A stretch of DNA of 63,949 nt, filler included, from Octopus bimaculoides (GCF_001194135.2; 8 parts of 8 records of this genome joined end to end with filler, not necessarily neighbours in it), one strand, 5' to 3'. Shown: positions 23,994 to 39,318, counted from the whole stretch's first letter. Program-made: numbers and translations. Notes: generated by a model from the sequence alone, not told the origin.

Positions 23994-24264
23994 TATTTTA
24001 TAAGCTTATAAGTGATCACTGTGCAATGACTAAAAGAAAATCGTCTAATAACGGGACATATAAGCCCTTAACGGAAAAAAGTAGGTTTTCTCGGAGGTGT
24101 GGGACTCCAGTGCACATCCCTTTGTTGGGGTTCGAGTCCCAGGTGTACGGAAAAAAACCTCCTTTTTATTTTTTGTCCGTCGAGGGCTTATATGTCCCAT
24201 TATTAGACTATTTCTTTTAGTCATTTGCACGGTAATCGCTTATAAGCTTTAAGCTTATAAAATA
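23994..24264. mobile_element. ~270-bp foldback (long inverted-repeat) element next to (TTA)n
   Basis: Arms 24002-24068 and 24183-24249 are near-perfect reverse complements; inner stems GGAGGT/ACCTCC and GGGACTC/GAGTCCC. Confidence 0.85.
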
Positions 24265-24776
24265 CTATTATTATTATTATTATTATTCACAGAATTGTAA
24301 GAATCAACGCTACTGAACAAAAAACATCGCAGAAAAAGCATATATATAATAGATTAAGATTTAAGTGAATCAGACACTATATATGTAATATATATATATA
24401 TATAGGTAATCTTCAAGTTTATATATATATATAGACAAATTAAATCTAAATGTTGAAGTGAATCTAACGGTTTTTGTGTGTTATTTTGAATGGCTTATAA
24501 ACACCTTCCACGCTGCAATTGTTTTCGTTCCAGCACACGATCTCAGATCAGATCACTTGCTATGCAAGTACATCTCCGTAATATATATATCTATATATAT
24601 GTGTGTGTATATGTGTGTGTGTGTGTATGCATAGACACGTGCACACAGATCTCACTCTATGTGTATGTTTGTGTATGTATATATTTACGTGTATTATATG
24701 CGTGCCTATACATATATTTATAAATGTTTGTGTGTGTGAATATATTGCCATATATATGTGTGTGTGTGTGTGTGTG

Positions 24777-24807
<31 letters not shown>

Positions 24808-25213
24808 CTATGTATACATATCTCCATCGATGAATATACATGTGCGTAAGTATTTACATCTGCAAGTGTATATAAACAAACATTACCTGTATCCCAGTCG
24901 CAGTTCTTGAAATCCACGTGTCTTGTAGAATCGACGTATATAAACGTGTAGCGGGGTGGGCGTGTAGGGGTGTAATAGTTTCTTAATGAATTAACATAAA
25001 TATGTGAGAATATACATAACTAAATGCGTGTATATATGTTGATCTTTCGATGCACGTACAACTGTTATAATCGACGTATAAAGATGTGTGTTTACACAAG
25101 TGAGGAATATCTATTAAATGTTTAACTGTCAGATTGTCAATAGATTACATGTAAATACACATATATGTGTGTTTGTATATATATATAAATACATACATAT
25201 ATATGTGTATATA

Positions 25214-25268
<55 letters not shown>

Positions 25269-28200
25269 NNNNNNNNNNNNNNNNNNNNNNNNNNNNNNNN
25301 NNNNNNNNNNNNNNNNNNNNNNNNNNNNNNNNNNNNNNNNNNNNNNNNNNNNNNNNNNNNNNNNNNNNNNNNNNNNNNNNNNNNNNNNNNNNNNNNNNNN
25401 NNNNNNNNNNNNNNNNNNNNNNNNNNNNNNNNNNNNNNNNNNNNNNNNNNNNNNNNNNNNNNNNNNNNNNNNNNNNNNNNNNNNNNNNNNNNNNNNNNNN
25501 NNNNNNNNNNNNNNNNNNNNNNNNNNNNNNNNNNNNNNNNNNNNNNNNNNNNNNNNNNNNNNNNNNNNNNNNNNNNNNNNNNNNNNNNNNNNNNNNNNNN
25601 NNNNNNNNNNNNNNNNNNNNNNNNNNNNNNNNNNNNNNNNNNNNNNNNNNNNNNNNNNNNNNNNNNNNNNNNNNNNNNNNNNNNNNNNNNNNNNNNNNNN
25701 NNNNNNNNNNNNNNNNNNNNNNNNNNNNNNNNNNNNNNNNNNNNNNNNNNNNNNNNNNNNNNNNNNNNNNNNNNNNNNNNNNNNNNNNNNNNNNNNNNNN
25801 NNNNNNNNNNNNNNNNNNNNNNNNNNNNNNNNNNNNNNNNNNNNNNNNNNNNNNNNNNNNNNNNNNNNNNNNNNNNNNNNNNNNNNNNNNNNNNNNNNNN
25901 NNNNNNNNNNNNNNTATATATATATATATACTTAAAAGCTTACTCCGGTATATACATATATATATAGATAAATAGATAGATAGAGATAAGATATAGTTAT
26001 ATAGTGTTTGTATACGTTTATACACATATACCGGATTTGTACAGAAAAAAGCTACTTATCTCTTTGTCTACATTAAAATACATACATATACGCAACAATG
26101 GCAATTATTAATGATATTTAATTATAATTTTTTTTTTTAATATCAGATGGCTGTGAGAGTCGACCTGAGTAAAGTAGAAATCAAACGGGTTCATAGATAA
26201 AAACTGGTTGAGAAACCACTTTTCTATAGACACAAGGTTTGAAATCTTGGTAAGAGAGTAAAGTTAGTCAGATATATCGACCAAACTGCTCAACTAGTAT
26301 TTATTTTATCGACCACGAAAGGATAGAAGAAAAAGCCAACTCTAGAAGGACTTGAAGTTAAAAATGTAGACGAATGAAATATTACTAAGCATTTTTTCCC
26401 CCCCGGCGTGGTAAACGATTCTGCCAAGTCACCCGCCTTGGACGATGTTATCGAGAATAATAAATAATATATGTAGACTCATTGTTCCGCCGAGATCAAC
26501 TTTGCCTTTCATACTTTCAATATCGATGAAATAAACACCAGTTGATCCCTGGAGATCGATATAATCGACGTACCCGGCTCACCCAAAATTGCTGGCTTTT
26601 TACCAAAATTTGAAACCAACATATGTATACACACACACAAGCAGTATCCTTCTGCATACTTCTATTGGTTTTCCTCCCGTTACCCTTCATCTATTTGACA
26701 TCCGCCAGTCTTCATACATTCACGCAGAAGAAGCTCACAGATTTCAGCGTCTCTATGTGGTAGCGCAATGTGCTAGAAATAGCAGTCAAAGCTCACTCAA
26801 ATAACGGTTAAAACTTCACAAGTGCGCCTTCTGCCTCACCACGATTTTATGTTATCTTTTACCTGTTTCGGTCATTTGACTGTGGCCATGCTGAAGTACT
26901 GAGGTACTGTTTTCAAGAGTTGTAGTCGAAAAAAAATCGATCCCAGCAATTTTGTTTTTATAATTATGGCACCAATTGTATCGGTTTCTAAGTTACGGGG
27001 ATGTAAACAAACCTGTTTTTAAACAATGGGGATCGGAACAAACACATACTCATGCATATATATATATATACATACAGCATGGCCGCAATCTAGTGCCTGA
27101 AACAAGTAAAAGAATATAGATATACATTTCCAACTGGAAACAGTAAAAGACAAGAAAAGAATTGAACACATGATCCAATGCACTTATCTTGGACAGATAA
27201 TCTGCTTAACCTTTCGGAATTTAAATCAGCCGTACCTAGCTCAAGAATTCTACCTTTTTATGTTCAGACTAGACAGATCTGGCCTCTTATAACATGTTTC
27301 CAGAGGTGAACTATTCAAACCCCAAAGAATTCCTCGCAACACATGGCTATGATGCTCCCCCACTACTCCTGCTCATGATCAGAGAGGCACATATCGTCAG
27401 CCACCAAGGGACATGCTCGACTGGAGAAGGTCAAACAATTGACATGCAAATTTGTGGTACTGGACAGAATATTTGTTGTAGGCCATCTTTTATACCAAGA
27501 CAAAACAATGTACTTGATAACACTTCCAATCAGTTAAGATCAGCAGCCATGAGAGCCACTGCCTGGTACTGCATCAGGGCATTAGCAAATCTGTGGTATT
27601 GAGCAGAATATTTGCTGTAGCCCATCTTTTATACCAAGACAAAACAATGTACTTGATAACACTTCCAATCAGTTAAGATCAGANNNNNNNNNNNNNNNNN
27701 NNNNNNNNNNNNNNNNNNNNNNNNNNNTTAATTAATTAANNNNNNNNNNNNNNNNNNNNNNNNNNNNNNNNNNNNNNNNNNNNATATATATATACGCACA
27801 TACATATATTGTATTGTTTAATTTGTATTACTGTTGTTACTGTTATTGTTCCTGCTGTATGTTTCTTGATAGCTTTCATCCTGTCTTATCGCATAAATGA
27901 TCGACTGATTGAGGCAGCACATTTTAAAGGGAGTATTATAACACATGATCACTTTCAAAACCATTATCTACCTATCAAGAAATAGGTAATTTTTATCGCA
28001 TACGTCTTATAAACCTGGTGGTGGAAGGCTTTGTATGACGTTCCACATGTGTCTGTAGAAGGAGAGAGAGAAAGAGAAAGAGAAAAGAGAATGAAAGAAA
28101 GAAAGAGAGAGAGAGAGACTCTGAACTATCTCCAACGATCAAAGCCCATTCCTCTGTGTTATCGTCCAAATTTTTGCTGATATTGTAAAACTAATATAAT

Positions 28201-28611
28201 AACCTCTACTGTTTAGACCACTCTGTGTATTATGAAGAACATGGTAGTCCTTGTTCACTCTTTATGATATTATTATCGATTTAGAGGCCAATTATAAACA
28301 AAATAACCTTTACATCACGATATTTCTATGCAGCGAACCTGCTATCTTTTCCAAGAACAATTTCTAAAAATCTACCCTGCATTATAGCGGACGATAGCAA
28401 AATTTTTCCCACACTCCAAACGAGAATTATCTAACATGAACTTAACGACAACTTTTCAGTACTGTAAAAGTAACAAGAAAAGAAATTATAAGTAGTAAGT
28501 GCTAAAGTGGTTGTCGCTTATCCACTAACAAAACATTTCGGTAAGATATGCTTTTGTGTTGATCTTGATGTAAAAAATTTCAAGTTGTATATGATTTCAT
28601 GTATGTGTATG

Positions 28612-28652
<41 letters not shown>

Positions 28653-30265
28653 ATAAAACCTGCATAAACGTGTATGTCAGTATCTATTTGTATTCTGTGT
28701 ATATAATAGTCGAAAACTTTGAACAAATTGTTACATTTTGGACAGAGAATAATTTCCTCATTGCTTTCTTTCAAGAATATCAAATAATATTACATGACAA
28801 CATGTTCCTATCTCAATATATTAACAATGTCTACATACTCATAACTTTTGTGTAGATACGTGTTAAGTTTTGTGTAGAATATAGTTATTGTCAAGTGAAT
28901 GTAATTGAAGTAGATTTTAACGCACAACTGTATAGAAGAGCCGAATTTACATCTGTAATCCATTTAACACTATGCTATGAAGTCGATAGAAATAGCAGCT
29001 GTTTCTTTCACAATTCAGGCAGTCCTCTAGAATTAGGAAGGATGCGTTGCAAAATGTTGCTTCTGATATACACAATAGACAAAATATAAATTGTTCGAAA
29101 TTTCTTTGATCATATATCTTCAAAATTAGGGCTAACCAGGGACAATGTAAGACGTAGTTGTAGCTTTCACATTGGTGCAGACGAAAAGGCCATGGCTAAA
29201 TCTGCTTAAGATCTGTCACAAAGAGATATAACAGTTGAGTAGTGTAGTTAATCACTGATAATGATATATCCCGTTAGAAGTATCTGCATTGTTGGTAGAA
29301 TTGCAAATACAATCTTCCTCAAGTCTGAAGCTGCGTCGCTGAGAAAGAAACACATCAGATAATTGGGCCTTTGTACGCTGCAGTTAGGAAAAAAGGAGTC
29401 GTTACGACTGGAACATATTTGTTCAGTGTCTCTTTTTATTCGGGGTTTGATCTGATGTCAATTATCAACACCATGATCATCATCATCAACAACAGGAATC
29501 TTGAACATGATGACTCCGTACTAAATAATAACCTCTTTCGAAATGAAATACGCCGTTCACGTAAACGGTCTGAGGGACAATAATTACTCTCATGAAGAAA
29601 CCAGATATCACTAGAGCATATAACAAAAAGACCAGAAGTACTCTCATTATTAGCCGCTGTACGAATTCAACTAATATACTTAAGCATAAACATTTGATAC
29701 ATAAAATGCAGAACAACATTGAAATTAGAAAATAACAGTCTACCTTCCATAGATAGCAGCCATATTTTCCTTCTAGCAGTCTTTAAAACGTACAGGACGC
29801 ATTTCCTGATGTAGTCTTACATTTACTAAAAAGAGGAAATGGTGTAGATAAAATGTGAACGTATGTCTTTTTGATAGAGGCCAAACTGCTAAAGAACATT
29901 AACAATTAACCAATGAACGGCATATACAGAAAATATATACGCCCGCTCATCTTGTAATACAACACTTGAAGACTTAAATTTACAATGAAAGAGCAAAAAC
30001 AAAAGTCAAAATAACATCACGCAATGTATAATTATTATTACTGAGGAAACGCCATCACAAGAATTCCGAAGAAAAGCCTAATTTCCAAAATGTACTATAA
30101 CTTAGGGTCATAAACCAAACCAATGTAAAAGCCTTATAACATATATAGATCCATGTATGTATAAAGTTTGTAAATATTCCAGACAACATTTGCTCGCTAA
30201 AAGGATATGTCAACACATTAACTGATGTAAGTATAAAAAATAATAGATAACATGGCATGTATACC

Positions 30266-30309
<44 letters not shown>

Positions 30310-30569
30310 AGTGCAAATACATAATATAGGAAGAGGTGGACAAAGTCACACACGAGAACCAAATCACGCATTTGCAGCAAACCATATGGCTGTGACAGGC
30401 CGCTTAATTAGAGAGGCGTGCTAACAAATTCATTCATATACACACGCATGCATATTACAGACACATATAAATATACAAGTCTATATGTATGTATGTATGT
30501 ATGTGTGTATGTATGTATGTACCTATGTATGTATGTGTGTGTGTACGTATGTCTCTTCTACTTTTTAAT

Positions 30570-31850
30570 TATTATGAATCTTCCACTGAGGGAGCCGGTT
30601 TCCAACAAAGATACGAAGATCAGTTTTGGGGATGTAGTTAACACAGACAAATTCATATTTGGAACTTGAGAAGTTTTGCATATCTTTACTGTTCCACTCA
30701 CAGATTGCCCTTGTAATGTACGAATTAGCCGGTCCATTTCTCTTTCTGAAAATTGCAAATTATCCAGATTCTCTTTTAAGCATTTACTAACAAAACCTAG
30801 TGCTCCAATTATTATTGGTATGAATATGAATTCATATTCCAGATACAGAAGCTGGAGATTTCAAAGCAATTGCAGATATCCTCTTTTCCTCTCATTTTTC
30901 AAAGACATATTTATATCTGCAGGGCAGCTGACGTCTATGACGGTACATACCTTTGCCTCTCCGTCTCAAACAACATTATCTGGCCTGTAAAGTTTACATT
31001 TGATAGCAATTTTGATGGGAATACTCCACCAGTATTCCTTGAGTTGGTGTTTATGAATATATTCCACATCAGAGGTATTTTCTCAGGACAGTCTTTTTTT
31101 GCGGATAACATTGTAAATTGTTTTAGTGACAACATCGTGCCGCACTGGGAGGTAGTACCGTGACGACATTTTAGGACAGCTGCTAATCACATGCGTGATG
31201 TCTCCCACAGAAACATGACATTTAGTATACATGCTGTTGCACCTTGAGATTTCAAGAGCGTCACTATCTCTCTTGTTGACCAGGTACTTTGTGGCAATCT
31301 CCTGTTTCTGGATTGCAAACGCATAGCTTTCAAAGTGTGATGTGATGTAGTGGTGTTGTGGCCAATAGAGGCTGTACTTCGTGTCGATTCATACCCATGC
31401 ATAGTCTTTTTTTTGTATGCTGAGTGCTTTTCATCCAGGTCTTCTCTGAGGTAAGAGAACCCAGCTGTTTTGGGGTTGTATAGGAGATCATCAGGAAGAG
31501 AGTGTTTCTTGAAAACCTCACTACTAATTCATACAATGTTGTTCACTTCACTTTTCAGCACTGTATTTATGTATTTATTTTTGCTGCTGTTGTTCTACAG
31601 GTGCTGCTTGAGTGATTCGATATGGCATTCGAAGGCCGTCTGCACTGATCTCAGGCCTCTACCACATTCATTTCTTTTTAGGTAAGGCTTGTGAACGTTA
31701 TTGCTTCTCTGAAATCTCCCAGTTGTTGATAGGATTTTGCGGGTTTTGATATCCATAGAGTGGAATTCCTCTACAGACCAATGAAGTATCCCAAATGCAC
31801 TGTTACTGCAAATGCATTGTGGGATATTGTTTTGTTGTAAGATGAAAGTT
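30570..31850 (-). mobile_element. Degenerate 3' part of a Dong/R4-type non-LTR retrotransposon with restriction-like endonuclease
   Basis: FGILHW..DIKTRKIL..YLKRNECGRGL; knuckle remnant HVISSCPKMSSRYYLPVRHD; RPD...IDVSCP; IPIIIGALG. The 3' end runs into ATAATAATT. Confidence 0.82.
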
Positions 31851-34800
31851 CTGACTGCCATATGTTCCTGTATGCATGCACGTATGTATGCATGTATGTA
31901 TGTATATATGATTATATAAGTGTGTGTGTGTGTCTGTGTGAATGCCATACTGCTATAGATCGAATATCATCTTCATTAAATGTATAAATGGAAAGGTTGG
32001 CAATTAGTGGGTATGTTTCAAGGTTAAATTCCTGTAGGAAAAATATTTAGATGACCACATTTACCCCTAGTACATTGTACGTATATTATTGGTGCATGAA
32101 TATTGAAGCGTAAAGCACCACTATTAAGATAAAAAATTCACAAATTATAATATCAAATTTCGTCCGCTTCCTAAAATCCCCAAGCTGTAATATACATGTT
32201 TTGTTTCTCTTTTCTCTTATAGGAGTTATCTAGCCAGCCACATAATTTACAAGAAAGTGTGCGTAATATCTGGGATTCACTCGAGGAAATAAGATAAGTA
32301 GAGAAAGAACATTCCCGATCATTATTGGAAGAAAAAGATTTAAACTACAATGTTTTCCACTCTAAAAAAAAAAGACAAAACACACAAACATATTTTTTAC
32401 TTCGAAAATATATCATGAAATCAAACCGCTTCTGATACAGGCACAGATCAAGCTAATAAAGAAAATATGTATGTCACTGAACAGAATGTCACAAGCCAAT
32501 AACCCTGGATCACATTAGTACATGCGCATTAGAAACGTGTTGCCGTAGTTATAATGTTGCGAGAACATCTGAGGTAAAGCGAGTGACGTGTTTAAATCAA
32601 AGAAGCATTATGTACACATTGCTGTTTCGGGTCATTATCATTGAACGAATCATCTTACTGTCATGGAGAGTGGAAACGCTATAGAAGCCAGTATTGATCA
32701 TTCATCATAAAACATACGTTTTGGACAGGTACATACATACACACAAGCACGAATACTCTCACGGACGCATACTCAATCATATACACGTTAGGTTGTGCAC
32801 ATATCAATATCTTTACAGACATAAACTGATAGAAATTCAAATATACACTCATATGTAAGCATTTACATCTGTATATTTACCTTTCATCTTTTATGTTTTG
32901 TCATTTACTTGTCTCAGTCATTAGACTGCGGCAGTTCTGGGGTACCGGTTTGAAGCATTTTGGCCTAACGGATTGATCCTCAGTACTTAGTGTTTCTTTT
33001 AAGCCTAACAAGCTCTCTTTTACCGAAGTTCAGGAAACGTAAACACACCAACACAGGTTGTCAACGAAAATAAAATCTTAAAAATTTCTTAAATTTATTG
33101 TTTTCCCACTCTATCAATTTGCAGACAATACTTAGGACCAAACAAGTTTTAATTAGGAAAGTTTCTTTATTAAAGAATGCCAGCCACTCATGAAGAAGCT
33201 ATAAAGCACAACAGTATTATACTTTTCATATAAATTGATTATTGTAGAATATCTACTTCGGCTCGTTCTTAAGAAAACCAAAATTCATGTAGCCGCTATC
33301 ATATATTTTATTTACTCCACACCGCAATATCTCTCTTGCCCATACCTTGTTAACAAGAAAAGGTCAAGCTTTAACGTATCAAAGGGGCATCTGTCTATGT
33401 TACTGAGACAACACATAGCATAGGGGAGCGGATGAGTGAGCATTGGTGGGAGATAAAAGAGGATCTACCAACATGCTTGATTAGAACATGAAGGCTCGCT
33501 TAATAACACAGAATTATTATCAACCCGTAAAACAGACACGGCATTTAGACAGATTACAGAGGCCACACACATAGTAGTAGACAGATCGAGCCTCAACAAA
33601 GAACTTGAATGAAACAATAACACCCTCCCAAATACTACGCAACATGAGGCCTGAAGATAGAATGAGTGAACGAAACGACACAGATACAAACAGTATGATA
33701 CATTAGGCCATACAGACATACATATCCTTAAGATGCAATGAGTAAAATCCAGAAATAAATAAGTAAACAAATGATATAAAAAATCTAAATAAAAAACATG
33801 GGTACAAACAGTAGATTAAGCAAACCTATATATACGCACAAAAACACATTTATCAAAGACATAGAAATGCCCACACGCACATACACATGCGAGCACACAT
33901 ACACATACGCGTGCGCACGCACACACACACACACAGAAAAACAAACTTAAACGCATGTGCAGATAACGATACAACCACAAAAAGACAAAATGGTTTGAAC
34001 AGGACTGAAAGAGACCTGTGGGATGGAGAGTCGCTGAGGAGGTCAGAAGACGTGGAACAGATTTCCGACAAAGGACGCTAAGATAAGAATAACAATAAGG
34101 CTGAAGCGATGAATGAGTATACAGTAACAGTATTCTAAAGTAAAGATTATTTGCCAACATAACGTGGCACTCCTGTTTGGGACGAATGTTACTGTTATTT
34201 AGCCCCAGGAAAGATCGTCACCAACCGGGACTGCCATTATGTTGACAAATAATCTTTACTTTCGTGTACTGTTACTGAAAGTCTCTCGTTGAGAAATTTA
34301 GAAATAGTAATGTTTCTACTATTAGATCAGTACCAGTGTGTTACTTTGAAAATTATATCTATTTTCAAACAGGAGTTTAGCAGCACCATCTCTAACCAAG
34401 CAGTTATTTTGTGCTGAGTGGGGATGCTAAACTCTCCTGTTCGACAATATAAGGAGACACTTAGTGGAGAAGATGTTTCCTGGGGCTAAATAACAGTAAC
34501 ATTCGTCCCAACCGAGAGCGCCACGTGGTTTTGTAAAATAATCTTGACCATATATATGTATATATATGTGTGTGTATATGTATATGTGTGTGTGCGACGT
34601 GTGCGTATGAACGAACACGAAACTACTTGTCTAAGTATTAATCCTCATTTCTGCTACTTTTTCCCTCTAAGAAGTTATAACAACGAAAGCTGATTAGGTC
34701 ATTTTAGCTAAACTGGAACGCATGATTTCTAAGTTCATATTTGAAATTCTTGCGTTTCTATCATATTATTTGCTTTCATTTATGCCCGAACTTGATGGGC

Positions 34801-34909
34801 ATATAACAAGCCAACATTAAATATCTCCTTATCTTCTTGATAAATGTACCTGAAGAGACCCATGTTGTACCTATAAGTCTAATACGGAATCTATCTCATA
34901 CTATTTATA

Positions 34910-34961
<52 letters not shown>

Positions 34962-37900
34962 CGTCGTGACACTTCATCGGTTACGACGGTGAGGTTTCCA
35001 GTTCATCCGATCAACGGAACAGCCTGCTTTCGTGAAATTAACGAGCAAAGGGCTGAGCACTCCACAAACATGTGTAATTGACTGGTCCCCTCCCCACAAA
35101 TTTCGGGCCTTGTGCCTAGAGTAGAAAAGAATATATTACATACAAATTTCTGTGGAGGCGCGTGACCTAGTGGTTAGGGTGTTAGACTCATGATCGTAAC
35201 ATTGTGGTTTCGATTTCTGAACCGGGTAACGCGTTGTGTTCTTGAGCAAAACACTTTATTTCACATCGCTGCAGTCCAAACAGCTGTCAAAAGTGACTAA
35301 TCCTGCGATGGACCCGCGACCCGTCCAAGTGGGGAACATATACGCCAATGAAACCGGGAAACCGGCCCTTGAATCCGGAAGGAACTATAAGGCTGCAAGC
35401 TGGCAGAATCATTACAGCGACGGGCTTAGCGGCATTTGATCCGTCCGTCTTTACGTTCTGAGTTCAAATTGAGGATCAATAACATAAGTACCAGTTGAAC
35501 TTATGTCGATGTAATTTGCCTATCCCACCCCTGAAACTGTTAGTCTTGTGCCAAAACTTGAAAGCAATATTACATACAAATATAAGGCAGCGAACTGGCA
35601 GAATTGTTAGTATACCGGGCGGAATGTTTAACAGTATTTCGTCCTTGTTCTGAGTTCAAATTCCGCCAAGGCCGATTTTGCTTTTCGTCCTTTAGGAGTT
35701 GATAAAATAAGTACCAGTGATACATTGGGTTTGATGGAATCGACATATACCCTTCCTGAAATTGCTGACCTTGTGCCAAATTTTCAAACCAATATTAAAT
35801 TTTTGAATTTTTGAATCACCAGAAATATTAATTAAAATTTCATAACTTTGCATACGCTGATTTCTTAAGTAACTCAGCGTATTCTGATAATTTGAAAGTA
35901 AGACATGCTTTTAATGATCATAATGCTTTAGCATCCATGCGAAAAGTCATCGAAACGGTTACACCAGAAGTCTTTAATTTTCTCTGGGAAGATAAAGAGA
36001 TCTTTCTGACTATTTTCTAGTCACATTTTCTTTAAGGAAAAAACACGCAGCTTGTGAGGAGTTTGTATTATGCTATAAATATATTTAGGCTATGAGCCAG
36101 TCTATTGAAAGAAGATGATTACTATTTCTCTCTTAAATGTATAAAGAAACTAAAATCTAATGAGATTGAGCATAGAATTTCCTTTCGCGGAGAAGAAAAA
36201 TGATTGGTGAGGCAATCGGAATGTCTATTTACACACCGAAGCTAAAATTTCATGCTAAGTGAAAAGAGCTATATTGCCTCACATAAATTTGTAGATTGAG
36301 GCATATTGATTCTAGTGTGTCACGCGTTGGAAAAAACTATGTCTGGCCACTTAGAATATAGAACTCAGAGGTATGTCTGAGACTGAATAAACATTTCATC
36401 GTTTATCATTTCGATACAATTATGATTATGGCTTGAATGTTTTGATATAGATATGTAAATTTGAATGAAAGCAATAATTAACATAGTATTCAACGCTGTT
36501 GAAGTCTCGCAAAATTCAGCAGTTCCCCTCATAAAATTTAGTTGTAGTAGTAATAGTGGATCTACGTCCCTAAACAGTCAGTATTCAATTGTTGGACCAC
36601 TTGAATAACTCTAGAATTAATGTGAAAATGACTGACACAAGTATAATCGTAACGTAATTCCTAGGCAGAATCACCGTGACCCTTCAAAGTTTAGCTGAAT
36701 GTTTAAGAAATGAATTTGATATCCGATAGAAATTGGGTTCGATCTAACTTGGTGTTATCTAGCACAAGTTTAATTTTCACTTTGTAAGTAAAACTGGGTA
36801 GACGAAAACGGCAAAGAAGACTGTCAGTGAGTTTGCAATTGTTATTTAACAGCTACAAGAGTAGAATGGGGTAACATAAAATTATGAGAGCCTTGCTCAA
36901 GGACACAGAAGTCCACTGTTGAAGGGACCAAACTACAATCTTCTGGTGGCGAGTCTAGTAACAATTTTCGTTCATAAATTCTAGTAGGACAATTGATAAA
37001 AAGTAACAAGTAATTCGTAATAAAGTTAAACAAAATATACCGAACTGAGATCGAGAGAAATAAATAAAAATAAGTTCACATATAATATCGTTGATAGAAG
37101 CCCCGTGACAAATAGTAATTGATTGCCAGATAAATTCAACTGAATAATAAACTGTTGTAGCCTTCGGGTTGTGTAATGCTGTTTAGCTCAGATGACAATG
37201 CTGTGATTTATGCATGGACAGCGTTGTCGAAAAGAGTTCTTTTAGCAGTAGGAAGCATAAAGATCCATTGAGGCGAAAGAAAGAGAAGGAATTATCCATT
37301 GATGAAGTTTCTACAACGTTACAGTCTTTGCTGGGAAACAAAAATGTTCTATCTGGAAGGGAAGTTTTGTTTAGAAGTTTGTAATAGCGCAAGATTCAAC
37401 AGCATCGCTAAGCAATGGAAGTAAAAGCAGCAGAAGTAGTAGAAGTAGTATTAGTCAGTACCGAAAGCATTATTTTCAAGAAGAAAAGAATAAATACAAA
37501 GGTAAAATCCAAAAGAAAACAACCAGAAGACAAAAATAAAAGAAAACCTACGATCATAGCAGTAACAAAAAGAAAAAGAAATGAACAGCTATAAAAACAA
37601 CAATAACAATACCAATGCAAACAAGAAGTACATGCAATATAAATAGAGGGAGGTGTTCAGGGATTTTGATAGTCAGTAATCTAATCTAAAATTCAGTAGA
37701 TTGTAGTTTTTATTACATGTCAAGAAGCCCCGAAAATAAATTATAGAAAACAGCAAAAATGGTTCCCTTTATGCTATCACTAGCGTGATAGAGATAGAAA
37801 CCAATGTTGTTGTGTATTGAGGGATGTTTTATACATTAAGTAAATTCACAACATTTTCGTCTTCATGCATCACATGAGGGGCCTAAAATAGCAGGAAGAC

Positions 37901-38699
37901 ATTTCTAAAGAAAAGCCATAGCACTGAATTAACTTTGTTCAGCGTGAGGAACAAATCTCTGGAGCCGTTTTATACTAAAGGAATTCCTCGTTTCTTAATA
38001 AGGTTTTCCCTACCAAATGGCGGTAGGCGTAGAATATTGCTTTTTCTTTATTAAACTTTATCATCTACTCATCTCACTTTTGCATCTCTATTTATCTCTC
38101 AATCTGTCGTACCCTCCAACCACACCAAAGACGCAGCCACTCACATATATGTATAATTATATTTTTGGGTGTGTATGCATGTATGTTCATATGTCTGTAT
38201 GTATGTATGTATGTACATGTATGTGTGCGTATGCGTGTAAAATATTAATACTGATACATGTATTACAATGTTCGGTCATTCAAAGTTACCAACCAAACAG
38301 TTCCATGTAAGCATATTCTAAGCAAAGGAGATACTGAAACTATCTCCAGACATGGTTCATTGGAAAAGTATAGCTAGGGCAACTTTAGAGAAGAACAACT
38401 GATATCCAGTGATGCCGATGAGTAATTTATGAAAAATATAGTTGCTATTCTCGACCAAAACGGGAAGGAAGAACGAAAGAAGATAGGCTTCACTTAAAAA
38501 TAAATAAACGAAGTGTGTAGGTATTCAGATATGTCCCTTGGTAATTCTAAGCATTCACATTAAAATAGTATCATGTGTAAGGAAATATATTTGAATTCGT
38601 CGTGCGAATTTCAATGCATAGAAAGCCATAATACTTGAATAATTATGAATAAGAACAACCGTACCTTTCTTTAAAAAAATCTGTCTTTTTATTTAAAAC

Positions 38700-38790
38700 A
38701 TTGCTTATTTCCGGAAATATATTTTACAAAGAGCCCTTTTTTGTAGCAACTATTTCTCAAACAGCCGCTTCCGGGTTGTAATATTCTAAT
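38700..38790. promoter_or_regulatory. Possible housekeeping-type promoter upstream of SUMF2 (ETS/GABP-like CCGGAA motifs)
   Basis: tttccggaaa (38708-38717) and cttccggg (38768-38775) lie at the edge of the CpG-retaining zone. Motif-only evidence. Confidence 0.25.
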
Positions 38791-39262
38791 ATAAATGCCG
38801 ATGTACCAATGTGTTAATACTCATTTATTTGGATATAAAACAGATTATAAGTTTTTCACATCAGACTCAAGGTATTATGTTCCCAATTGTTTATATTCAT
38901 ATATATATGGATGTAGTGTAGCCTATCTGCCTGAGCTCTTCTCTGAATATTTGTTTATGATTTTTGAGTTTTGATATAAACACGTTGATTTGGGTAGATT
39001 CTTCGATAAATCAACGCGTTTGTTCAGGAAATCGTAACTAAATATTGAGAGAATAGCTGAAACAGATAAGCTGAGAGAAACCTACACAAAAGGCGTTTAG
39101 AAGCCCTTCAAAGCATTGACCTAACATGGCTGCAGTGTAATGACAGACAGAAATAAAAGAATAAAAGGAATAGAAGAATATGAGGAATTCAGCTAAAGAA
39201 GAATTCATCTAATGTATGAGGATATTTATAAACATACATAAATACATAAATACATACATATG

Positions 39263-39318
<56 letters not shown>

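Noticed and set aside
24095-24145. tRNA-like GGTTCGAGTCCC inside the foldback
   Set aside because: No A box or cloverleaf; it is explained as an inner stem of the inverted repeat.
36300-36850. Faint 7TM/GPCR-like fragments on the minus strand (ANSLTVFFAVF, PRNYVTIILVSV, TALNTMLIIAF)
   Set aside because: They lie in different frames with many stops and no DRY or NPxxY motif; hydrophobic stretches are expected in AT-rich DNA.
36842-37033. 63-aa ORF with a plausible acceptor
   Set aside because: It overlaps a SINE remnant (cttgctcaaggacac core).
37183-37620. Short ORFs on both strands (e.g. MEVKAAEVV...; MHWYCYCC...)
   Set aside because: Low-complexity A-rich sequence, stops between frames, no homology.
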